From an uncultured Candidatus Saccharibacteria bacterium (GTDB lineage Bacteria > Patescibacteriota > CPR2 > UBA1875 > CAIMLA01), in the NCBI GenBank assembly GCA_964594415.1, contig CAZQLQ010000004.1:19162-83161 (forward strand): a DNA stretch of 64,000 nucleotides, written 5' to 3'. The translations under genes and the position numbers were made by a program. This document shows, piece by piece, positions 56,812 to 64,000 of the stretch (positions within the stretch are counted from its first letter, which is position 1; the number at the start of each line of letters is the position of its first letter). The notes beneath the pieces were generated by a model. The model made no database searches and was not told where the DNA came from. It worked only from the letters and a program-made list of their open reading frames with translations.

Positions 56812-57392
56812 TATTTATCCCCCTTTTTATTCTTCTCTTGAACTGGGGTTTCTAATTTAACCTTCTTGTTATCTTGAGTCTCTTGAACGACCTTCACCTT
56901 AAACTCTTTTAGACTCTTTAGTGCTTCTATCGTAGCAAGTGCGTTATTGATCTTCGAATTAGAGCCAATCATCTTTGATAGAATATCCTGAACCCCAACT
57001 GCCTCAAGAACGCTTCTTACCGCACCTCCAGCAATTACACCAGTACCTTTGCTTGCCGGTTTCAAGAAAACGTAAGCCCCTGTCTGCCTCGCCGTTACTT
57101 CATGTGCAATTGTAGTCCCGTTAAGTTTCACTTCTATCATATTTTTTCTGGCTTTAGCTGATGCTTTACTTACAGCTGTAGCGACTTCGTTACCTTTTGC
57201 TACGCCGACACCCACCTTACCGTTCCGATTGCCAACAACAACAGTAGCTCTAAAACGCATTCTTCGTCCGCCTTTTACCACACGAGTAACTCTATCAACC
57301 TGAATGACTTTTTCTTCGACCTCTTCCTGCATTGGCAAGACTAAATCGATCGTTTTTACTTCTACTTTTCCCTGTATCTTCTCCATCATCAT
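56811..57392 (-). CDS. rpsE: 30S ribosomal protein S5 (N-terminal extension; start uncertain)
   Basis: '[32 protein letters not shown]'; directly abuts rplO with no L30 gene. Confidence 0.85.
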   Translation of the reverse strand: MMMEKIQGKVEVKTIDLVLPMQEEVEEKVIQVDRVTRVVKGGRRMRFRATVVVGNRNGKVGVGVAKGNEVATAVSKASAKARKNMIEVKLNGTTIAHEVTARQTGAYVFLKPASKGTGVIAGGAVRSVLEAVGVQDILSKMIGSNSKINNALATIEALKSLKEFKVKVVQETQDNKKVKLETPVQEKNKKGDK

Positions 57393-57395
57393 CTC

Positions 57396-57746
57396 CTAGA
57401 AATTTAATCCTTTTTCTCGAGCCGCTTCTGCCAGTGCTTTTACGCGACCGTGATAAAGCTTTCCGCCTCGGTCAAATACAACACTCTTTACGTTTTTTTT
57501 CAAAGCCTTTTCAGCAATAAGCTCGCCGATTTTTGCCGAGATTTCAGTTTTTGTTGCCTTGTCTTTTGACTTAATCGTTTCATCGGTTGCATAAGCAAGA
57601 GTTTTTCCATTTACGTCATCAATAATCTGAGCTGTAATATGCCTGTTACTAACAAAAACTGCTAGTCTAGGACATTCAGGCGTACCACTTATTTTGGAAC
57701 GAATCCTCTTTTTTCTTCTATCTTTTTTTATAAATCTTTCTAACAT
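57396..57746 (-). CDS. rplR: 50S ribosomal protein L18
   Basis: '[18 protein letters not shown]'. Confidence 0.9.
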   Translation of the reverse strand: MLERFIKKDRRKKRIRSKISGTPECPRLAVFVSNRHITAQIIDDVNGKTLAYATDETIKSKDKATKTEISAKIGELIAEKALKKNVKSVVFDRGGKLYHGRVKALAEAAREKGLNF

Positions 57747-57757
57747 GCTAGCTCCTA

Positions 57758-58294
57758 CTACTTAGTTCCTGTTTTACCAGCTTTACGACGAATTCGCTCA
57801 GTAACGTATTTTATACCTTTACCTTTGTATGGCTCGGGCTTCCTGAAAGAACGTATATCGGCCGCCACTTGACCAACCAATTGCTTATCCACTCCCGAAA
57901 TGATAATTATATTTTTTTCTACCGCAATCTGGATTCCCTTTGGAGCCTTATATTCAATCGGGTGAGAGTAGCCTAAAGTAAGATTGAGATTTCCTCCGGA
58001 TACTGCCGCCCTATAACCAATACCGTTTATTTCGAGCTCCTTTTTAAACCCTTCACTAACGCCTTTTATCATATTAAAAATCAGCATCCTTGATAAGCCA
58101 TAAAGTTCAGCGGCTTGTGAATCATCAGTATTTTTCGTCAAAATAACTTTTGATCCTTCAATATTCAAATCAATTTTGGGGCTTAAATTAAATTCAAGCT
58201 GGCCTTTCGATCCGGACACCTTTACTGTTGAATCCTCTTTTTCTAATGTAACTCCGTTTGGAATTTCAATTGGTAATTTTCCTATTCGTGACAT
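57758..58294 (-). CDS. rplF: 50S ribosomal protein L6
   Basis: '[15 protein letters not shown]'; AGGAG SD before internal ATG 58294. Confidence 0.85.
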   Translation of the reverse strand: MSRIGKLPIEIPNGVTLEKEDSTVKVSGSKGQLEFNLSPKIDLNIEGSKVILTKNTDDSQAAELYGLSRMLIFNMIKGVSEGFKKELEINGIGYRAAVSGGNLNLTLGYSHPIEYKAPKGIQIAVEKNIIIISGVDKQLVGQVAADIRSFRKPEPYKGKGIKYVTERIRRKAGKTGTK

Positions 58295-58302
58295 ATCTTC
58301 TC

Positions 58303-58680
58303 CTACCAAACTTTACATAAAATTTCGCCGCCAAGACTTGCTCTTCTGGCTTCTTCACCGCTCATAACACCTTTTGATGTGGACATAACCAAAAGCCCAT
58401 GACCTTGAAGCACTTTTGGAATATTATCTGAACTAGTATAAACACGACGTCCTGGTTTGCTAACTCTTACTATCTTGTTCATTTCGCTACCGTTCAAAGA
58501 CACTAGTATAGCAAGACCATTCTTTTCTACTTCAAAATCACTGATATATCCTTCCTTCTTAAGGACTTTCAATATCTCTATCTTGAGTTTAGAGTTGGGA
58601 ATAGCCACGGTTTCTTTGTGAACCATTCTCGCATTCCTAATTCTAGTTAACATATCTGAAATTGGATCTGTTATCGCCAT
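58303..58680 (-). CDS. rpsH: 30S ribosomal protein S8
   Basis: '[13 protein letters not shown]'. Confidence 0.9.
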   Translation of the reverse strand: MAITDPISDMLTRIRNARMVHKETVAIPNSKLKIEILKVLKKEGYISDFEVEKNGLAILVSLNGSEMNKIVRVSKPGRRVYTSSDNIPKVLQGHGLLVMSTSKGVMSGEEARRASLGGEILCKVW

Positions 58681-58692
58681 TTTTCTCTCCTT

Positions 58693-58878
58693 CTACCAGC
58701 TTGACTTGATTACGCCAGGGATTTCACCCTTGTTAGCCAATTCTCTAAAACAAATACGGCACATATCAAACTTTCGTAAATAACCGTGAGATCTTCCACA
58801 AAGATTACACCTAGTTACTTTTCTCGTTGAAAACTTTGGTTTTCTTTTTGCTTTTGCTACTAATGCTTTTCTTGCCAT
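58693..58878 (-). CDS. rpsZ: 30S ribosomal protein S14, type Z (zinc-binding)
   Basis: 61 aa, '[20 protein letters not shown]'. Confidence 0.9.
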   Translation of the reverse strand: MARKALVAKAKRKPKFSTRKVTRCNLCGRSHGYLRKFDMCRICFRELANKGEIPGVIKSSW

Positions 58879-58886
58879 ATCTACCT

Positions 58887-59426
58887 CTAATTCTTAAACG
58901 GGAAGCCCAATCCGCTTAATAAAGCGCGTGCTTCTTCGTCATTTTTTGCGGTTGTTGTTATATTGACCTGTAAACTAACTGGAGTTGATGCTTCTTCAAA
59001 ACTAATCTCGGGGAAAACCCCATGATCACGCAAACCAAGCGAATAGTTACCTCTCCCGTCAAAAGCATTTGGATTAAGTCCCCTGAAATCCCTCACTCTC
59101 GGAAGCGCAACGCTTACAAGCCTATCTAAAAATTCGTACATTTTTTCACCCCTAAGCGTAACGACGGTTCCAATGTTCATCTTTTCTCTTAATTTGAAAC
59201 CTGCAATAGATTTTTTTGCTTTTGTGACTACTGGTGCTTGTCCTGAAATCTTTTTCAGGGCTTGGGTGGCGGCTTCTAAATGTTTGGAATCAACACTAGC
59301 CCTTCCTACCCCGGCGTTAATAACTACTTTTGTAATCCTGGGAATACTATGAATATTCTTATGGTTAAATTTTTTGCTCAAATCACTTGAAACTGTTTTC
59401 TCGTATAGATCTTTCATTCTAGCCAT
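58887..59426 (-). CDS. rplE: 50S ribosomal protein L5
   Basis: 179 aa; position between rplX and rpsZ. Confidence 0.9.
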   Translation of the reverse strand: MARMKDLYEKTVSSDLSKKFNHKNIHSIPRITKVVINAGVGRASVDSKHLEAATQALKKISGQAPVVTKAKKSIAGFKLREKMNIGTVVTLRGEKMYEFLDRLVSVALPRVRDFRGLNPNAFDGRGNYSLGLRDHGVFPEISFEEASTPVSLQVNITTTAKNDEEARALLSGLGFPFKN

Positions 59427-59429
59427 AAA

Positions 59430-59750
59430 CTACTCCTTCACCACCGATTTACAACGTTTACAAGTTCGAATCCTCTTGCCATCCTTTGATTTTGAAATAC
59501 TAAATCTAGCTGGTTTTGAACAATTAGAACAAATAAGCATAACGTTTGAAATCTCGAGAGGCTTTGCGATTTCCATAATACCGCCTTTTGGGTTTTTCTT
59601 GCTTGCCTTAAAGGCTTTTTTGGCGATATTTATACCTGAAACAACGACTTTGCTCTCGCTAACTATTACTCTCGTAACATCGCCGCTTTTACCCTTGTCT
59701 TTTCCCGTTATAACAGCTACTTTATCACCTTTTTTAATTTTTATACTCAT
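59430..59750 (-). CDS. rplX: 50S ribosomal protein L24 (KOW) with Cys4 zinc-ribbon in C-terminal part
   Basis: 'KIKKGDKVAVITGKDKGKSG' KOW; C-terminal 'CSNCSKPARF…CKRCKS'. Confidence 0.85.
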   Translation of the reverse strand: MSIKIKKGDKVAVITGKDKGKSGDVTRVIVSESKVVVSGINIAKKAFKASKKNPKGGIMEIAKPLEISNVMLICSNCSKPARFSISKSKDGKRIRTCKRCKSVVKE

Positions 59751-60118
59751 TATAATACCTCTGGTGCCAATGACACGATTTTCATAAAGTTTTTTTCACG
59801 TAATTCCCTAGCTACCGGACCGAATATACGGGTTCCTCTAGGTTGATTGTTTTTATCAATAAGAACGGCTGCATTATCATCAAACCTAATCGTTGATCCG
59901 TCTTTCCTTCTGTAATCTTTCCTTACTCTCACAATGACAGCCCTAACAACTTCCTTCTTCTTTGCATTGCCGTTTGGAATAGCAGTTTTAACAGAACAAA
60001 TAATTACATCGCCCAAACTTGCATAACGTCTCTTGCTGCCCCCAAGCACCTTTATGCACATAATTTCTTTTGCGCCCGTATTATCAGCTACTTTTAATCT
60101 TGTTTGTGCCTGAATCAT
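59750..60118 (-). CDS. rplN: 50S ribosomal protein L14
   Basis: '[28 protein letters not shown]'. Confidence 0.9.
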   Translation of the reverse strand: MIQAQTRLKVADNTGAKEIMCIKVLGGSKRRYASLGDVIICSVKTAIPNGNAKKKEVVRAVIVRVRKDYRRKDGSTIRFDDNAAVLIDKNNQPRGTRIFGPVARELREKNFMKIVSLAPEVL

Positions 60119-60119
60119 C

Positions 60120-60371
60120 TTATTTCTCCAAATCCTTTTCGCCTAAAACTTTTGCGACTGCCCAACGTTTTGTTGCAGACAATGGCCTCGATTCTTCAAT
60201 TTCCACCATGTCACCAATCTTGCATTTATTATTTTCATCATGAGCCTTGAATTTCTTCGAAACTGAATATTTCTTAAGATAGATTGGATGCTCTTTCGTT
60301 CTCTCAACTAAAACAACAACGGTTTTGTCCATTTTATCTGAGACAACTTTTCCTCGTAATACTCTTTTCAT
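60120..60371 (-). CDS. rpsQ: 30S ribosomal protein S17
   Basis: '[29 protein letters not shown]'. Confidence 0.9.
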   Translation of the reverse strand: MKRVLRGKVVSDKMDKTVVVLVERTKEHPIYLKKYSVSKKFKAHDENNKCKIGDMVEIEESRPLSATKRWAVAKVLGEKDLEK

Positions 60372-60610
60372 TACTTATCTCCCTTGGTTGCTGGTTTATT
60401 TTCAGCTTGTTTTTCAGCTTCAAAAAGCTCTCTTTCACGTAATAACGTATTTATGTTAGCAATCGTTTTCTTGCTTTTTTTGATCTCGCTTGTAGTTGTA
60501 GATTCTCGGCTTGCAATTGCGAAACGGTCTTTTAGAAGTTTTGCCTTCATTTCAGCAAGAAGCTTAACCAAAGCCTTGCTTTCACTAGTTTTCAATTCTT
60601 TAATTTTCAT
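60371..60610 (-). CDS. rpmC: 50S ribosomal protein L29
   Basis: 79 aa helical protein between rplP and rpsQ. Confidence 0.8.
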   Translation of the reverse strand: MKIKELKTSESKALVKLLAEMKAKLLKDRFAIASRESTTTSEIKKSKKTIANINTLLRERELFEAEKQAENKPATKGDK

Positions 60611-61031
60611 TTGTCTCTCCAGCGCGTTCCTCGATAATTATCCTGGTTCTCATGGGTAATTTGTGGGTTGCTAACCGAAGCGCCTCTTTCGCTACTTCAG
60701 GAGCAACTCCGTCCATTTCAAACAAAATTCTTCCCGGTTTTACTACTGCTACAAAATGATCTGGACTTCCCTTACCGCTTCCCATTCTGGTTTCATTTGG
60801 TTTCTTCGTGATTGGCTTATCTGGAAAAATACGAATCCAAACCTTTCCGCCTCTTTTTATATATCTGGTCATAGCCCTTCTAGCGGCCTCTATTTGTCTT
60901 GAAGTCACCCATGCAGGATCAAGAGCTTTGATTGCGTATTTTCCGAAATCAACATTCTGCCCCCTTGTAGCTTTACCTGTTTGGGGATTCTTCATCACCT
61001 TTCGGTACTTTGTTTTTTTAGGCATTAACAT
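60600..61031 (-). CDS. rplP: 50S ribosomal protein L16
   Basis: '[15 protein letters not shown]…'; GTGAGG SD before ATG 61031. Confidence 0.85.
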   Translation of the reverse strand: MLMPKKTKYRKVMKNPQTGKATRGQNVDFGKYAIKALDPAWVTSRQIEAARRAMTRYIKRGGKVWIRIFPDKPITKKPNETRMGSGKGSPDHFVAVVKPGRILFEMDGVAPEVAKEALRLATHKLPMRTRIIIEERAGETNEN

Positions 61032-61680
61032 CGTTAACCTCACTAACTGCTTTTTGCTTCATTCCGTTATATACCCAAACCTTTACGCCGATTATTCCAT
61101 AAGTAGTTTTTGCCCTGGCCGTACCATACTGAATGTCTGCATTTATGGTAGCAAGTGGGATCTTACCTTTAATCGTATGTTCAGATCTTGCTATTTCAGC
61201 TCCATTTAGTCGTCCTCCAACCATAATTTTTACGCCTTTAGCACCGGACCTAAGAGCCTTCTCTACGGCTTGCTTCATCGCTCGTTTAAAAGCAATTCTT
61301 TTTTCAAGCTGTTGAGCAACATTGTCAGCAATAAGTTGTGCGTCAGCCTCAGGATTTTTCACTTCTTGAACGTTAATCTCCTTAATCTGGCCCTTAGTCA
61401 TTTTGCTGACTTTTGTCTTTAACTCATTAATACCGACGCCGCCTCTACCGATAATAACTCCTGGTTTGGAAGTATGAATTGTAATATTTGTCTGGTTGGC
61501 ATTTCTTTCCAGTTCAACCTTAGAAACTCCAGCCTTGTAACCAAGGTTGTTTAAAATATATTCTCTTATCTTGATGTCTTCATGAAGCATGCTAGCATAA
61601 CCACGCTTTGCGAACCAGCGAGATGACCAGTTTTTCTCTACCTGAAGACGAAAACTAATTGGACTTACTTTATGACCCAT
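61018..61680 (-). CDS. rpsC: 30S ribosomal protein S3
   Basis: '[24 protein letters not shown]' KH domain. Confidence 0.9.
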   Translation of the reverse strand: MGHKVSPISFRLQVEKNWSSRWFAKRGYASMLHEDIKIREYILNNLGYKAGVSKVELERNANQTNITIHTSKPGVIIGRGGVGINELKTKVSKMTKGQIKEINVQEVKNPEADAQLIADNVAQQLEKRIAFKRAMKQAVEKALRSGAKGVKIMVGGRLNGAEIARSEHTIKGKIPLATINADIQYGTARAKTTYGIIGVKVWVYNGMKQKAVSEVNDVNA

Positions 61681-61681
61681 C

Positions 61682-62089
61682 TTACTTCTTCTCCTGTTTC
61701 TTTGCGGTTAGTTTTTTTACTATTTTCCCTGCTTCTTTTTTTACAGGCTCTTTCTTATTTTCATCAGACACAAAAACTGTAATATGGCTTGTGCGTTTCA
61801 GAATATGCGAAGCCATCCCTTTGGAACGTGGACGAAACCTCTTTAGACTGGGTCCCTGATTGACGGTAATTGATTTAACGACTAAGTCTTTTTTATCCAA
61901 ATTAAAATTATTTTCAGCATTTGCTACTGCAGATTTTACGGTTTTAAGAATAATTCCAGCTGATTTTTTAGGCGTAAAACGTAAAGTTGCAAACGCAGAG
62001 TTAATATCTTTTCCTCTCACTAAATCAGCAACAAGTCTTGCTTTTTTAGGAGATACTCTAACAAATTTTGTTGATGCTTTCACTTCCAT
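61682..62089 (-). CDS. rplV: 50S ribosomal protein L22 with Lys-rich C-terminal extension
   Basis: 'VRVSPKKARLVADLVRGK'. Confidence 0.9.
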   Translation of the reverse strand: MEVKASTKFVRVSPKKARLVADLVRGKDINSAFATLRFTPKKSAGIILKTVKSAVANAENNFNLDKKDLVVKSITVNQGPSLKRFRPRSKGMASHILKRTSHITVFVSDENKKEPVKKEAGKIVKKLTAKKQEKK

Positions 62090-62091
62090 AA

Positions 62092-62364
62092 TTATTTACC
62101 TTGTTTCGCTAGCTTACCGCCGTGACCACGAAATTTACGGGTTGGTGCAAACTCACCAAGACGATGACCTACCATATTTTCTGAAACAAATACAGGAATA
62201 TGATCCTTGCCGTTATGAACAGCAAAAGTATGACCAACCATCTCAGGAGAAATAACCGAGCTTCTAGCCCATGTTTTAATAATTTTTCTATCATTTCCAA
62301 GAGCCTCTACTTTTGCAAGCAGTCTCTCGTTTATAAATGGTCCTTTTTTAAGTGATCTAGACAT
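62092..62364 (-). CDS. rpsS: 30S ribosomal protein S19
   Basis: '[20 protein letters not shown]…[32 protein letters not shown]'. Confidence 0.9.
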   Translation of the reverse strand: MSRSLKKGPFINERLLAKVEALGNDRKIIKTWARSSVISPEMVGHTFAVHNGKDHIPVFVSENMVGHRLGEFAPTRKFRGHGGKLAKQGK

Positions 62365-62376
62365 ATCGTACTCCCT

Positions 62377-63213
62377 TTACCTTCGACCTTTATTTCTAGA
62401 TCGAACAATATACTTATTTGACAGCTTCTTTTTATTGCGTGTCTTGAGCCCTAGCGCAGGAAGACCCCAAGGCGTTTTTGGATGAGTTAGACCAATACTA
62501 TTACTACCCTCACCGCCGCCATGTGGATGATCAACTGGGTTCATAACCTTTCCACGAACTGTTGGACGGATTCGCATCCAGCGTTTTCTTCCAGCTTTAC
62601 CTATACTAATATTTGAATGCTCAGGATTTGATACTGTACCAATACTTGCAAGAGATCTCTCGCTTACTAAACGAATTTCACCAGACGGAAGCTTAACTTG
62701 TGCCATTCCGCCTTCTTTAGCCATAAGCTGAGCACGTGCTCCAGCTGACCTTGCAATTTGACCACCCTTACCCGGCTCAATTTCAATATTATAAATAACC
62801 GTACCAACAGGAATGTCCTTCAGTGCCTTTCTGTTTCCTACACGAATTTCTGCCTCTTCACCAAAAACTACCGTCTTCCCAACTTTGAGTCCGATTGGGG
62901 CCAAGATGTAAGCCTTTTCGCCATTTTCTTTTTCTATCAAAGCTATCCTGGCCGATCTGTTTGGATCATATTCAATCGCAAGTATTGTCGCCTTCACATT
63001 TGAAAGCTGTTTAAAATCGACTAGTCGGTATAAGCGTCTTGCCCCACCGCCTCTGTGCCTAACGGTAATCTTACCTTGAGAATTCCTACCCGCTTTGTTC
63101 TTAAAAGAAACTGTCAGAGACTTTTCTGGATTTTTCTTTGAAATATCAGAAAAATCGTCAACCGACATTCCTCTTCTTGCATTGCTAATTGGTTTTAAAA
63201 CTTTAACGCCCAT
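62377..63213 (-). CDS. rplB: 50S ribosomal protein L2
   Basis: 278 aa; '…[19 protein letters not shown]…'. Confidence 0.9.
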   Translation of the reverse strand: MGVKVLKPISNARRGMSVDDFSDISKKNPEKSLTVSFKNKAGRNSQGKITVRHRGGGARRLYRLVDFKQLSNVKATILAIEYDPNRSARIALIEKENGEKAYILAPIGLKVGKTVVFGEEAEIRVGNRKALKDIPVGTVIYNIEIEPGKGGQIARSAGARAQLMAKEGGMAQVKLPSGEIRLVSERSLASIGTVSNPEHSNISIGKAGRKRWMRIRPTVRGKVMNPVDHPHGGGEGSNSIGLTHPKTPWGLPALGLKTRNKKKLSNKYIVRSRNKGRR

Positions 63214-63216
63214 AAA

Positions 63217-63501
63217 CTAAAATCCCTTAAATTCATCGATCGTTTCTCCTTTTTTCAAGGTGACAATCGCTTTTTTATAGTCTTTTCTTTTGCCGAATTT
63301 TTTACCAAATCTTTTAAGCTTACCCTTCATTATAATTGTATTTACGTCAATAACATTCACTTTAAATGCAGTTTCAACAGCTTTCTCTATTTCTTGCTTA
63401 GTTGCATTTTTTTCTACCAAAAATACATATTTTCCAGAATCTGCCGCCGTAAAGCTTTTTTCTGAGATTACTGGCCTTTTTAAAACTCTAATAAGCTCCA
63501 T
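63217..63501 (-). CDS. rplW: 50S ribosomal protein L23
   Basis: 94 aa; between rplD and rplB. Confidence 0.85.
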   Translation of the reverse strand: MELIRVLKRPVISEKSFTAADSGKYVFLVEKNATKQEIEKAVETAFKVNVIDVNTIIMKGKLKRFGKKFGKRKDYKKAIVTLKKGETIDEFKGF

Positions 63502-64000
63502 TATTTAGCTCCCCAAAATTCATTTGTTTTCTCAAGCGCATCACCTACGAAAATAATGTCATTTGCATTTAAGATATCAAAAACATTTAAATTTCTATAA
63601 TCGCAAGCCTTTACGTTTTCTAAATTTCTAATTGGTAATATTGCTTCCTTTGTTATAGCAGAAAATACCATCAAAGATTTACGGCCAGTTACAACCTTAT
63701 TTAAAATTTTAGAAAATTCGTTGGTTTTAGCCGTTTTGATTTCTTCGAGGATAATGACATTTTCCTTTTTTGAAACAAGTGCAGAAACTATCCCGGCACG
63801 TTTTTTCTTAGCAGGAACATTGATCTGAAAATGATGTTCGGGTGTCGGACCAAATATAGTCCCGCCGCCCTTCCAAATTGGATTACGAATAGACCCCGAT
63901 CTTGCCCTGCCCGTTCCCTTCTGCTTCCAAGGCTTCTTACCGCCACCGGAAACTTCGTCACGCTTTTTCGTAAGCGCGCTTGCAATTCTGCGATTTGAAA
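63501..64000 (-). CDS. rplD: 50S ribosomal protein L4 (3' part; gene runs off window end)
   Basis: minus-strand frame gives …GGGKKPWKQKGTGRARSGSIRNPIWKGGG…EFWGAK*; TAATG stop/start overlap with rplW; the listed ORF 63788..63985 is a different frame. Confidence 0.8.
   Translation of the reverse strand, partial: SNRRIASALTKKRDEVSGGGKKPWKQKGTGRARSGSIRNPIWKGGGTIFGPTPEHHFQINVPAKKKRAGIVSALVSKKENVIILEEIKTAKTNEFSKILNKVVTGRKSLMVFSAITKEAILPIRNLENVKACDYRNLNVFDILNANDIIFVGDALEKTNEFWGAK

Noticed and set aside
63788-63985. 65-aa minus ORF at the window end
   Set aside because: Wrong frame; the correct frame over the same DNA encodes the conserved L4 GTGRAR region continuing off-window.
1-64000. CRISPR array, transposase/integrase, rRNA genes
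   Set aside because: No regularly spaced repeats and no recognisable recombinase or rRNA sequence were seen on either strand; the only repeats are the tRNA-Glu 3'-end duplication and the tRNA-trailer motifs.

Overview
By eye this is AT-rich, tightly packed bacterial chromosome that looks like a Candidate Phyla Radiation (Patescibacteria)-type genome. The signatures are a streptomycin/spc/alpha ribosomal block (rplD…rpsI) with no L30 and no adk/map between secY and infA, an archaeal-type AspRS, Lys-rich extensions on several ribosomal proteins, and very short intergenic spacers. The plus-strand half (1–31.4 kb) carries housekeeping genes: gltX, zupT, murC, trxB, pyrH, two PBP5-like D,D-carboxypeptidases, a PAS histidine kinase with a single-domain receiver, aspS, scpAB, der, pth, dprA–topA, corA and rarA. 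It also carries tRNA-Gln and tRNA-Glu. The minus-strand half (31.9–64 kb) is a compact dcw cluster (mraZ–rsmH–ftsL–ftsI–murF–mraY–ftsW–murG–ftsQ). It continues with rplA/rplK–nusG–secE, a tRNA array (Trp, Thr, Tyr, Thr) with rpmG, then holB/ricT/rluD and the large ribosomal-protein/secY/rpoA operon block. No rRNA, CRISPR array, transposase or integrase was seen. The most unusual locus is a two-gene cassette at 27.2–31.4 kb with a consensus σ70 promoter, flanked by AT-rich DNA: (1) a σ70-region-4 HTH fused to two RpoE(δ)/HARE-type HTH domains; (2) a 1018-aa membrane-anchored VirB4/VirD4-family ATPase with a ~240-aa disordered C-terminal tail. The best-supported interpretation is a candidate membrane-anchored DNA/protein translocation or surface system, but no other type IV secretion parts are adjacent, so the assignment rests on motif-level homology only. 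Other observations worth a second look are an att-like duplication of the tRNA-Glu 3' end, a structured 360-bp leader before dprA, an unannotated zinc-ribbon mini-protein, and a GNAT/P-loop-kinase cassette inserted into the otherwise universally conserved tRNA-Trp–secE locus.
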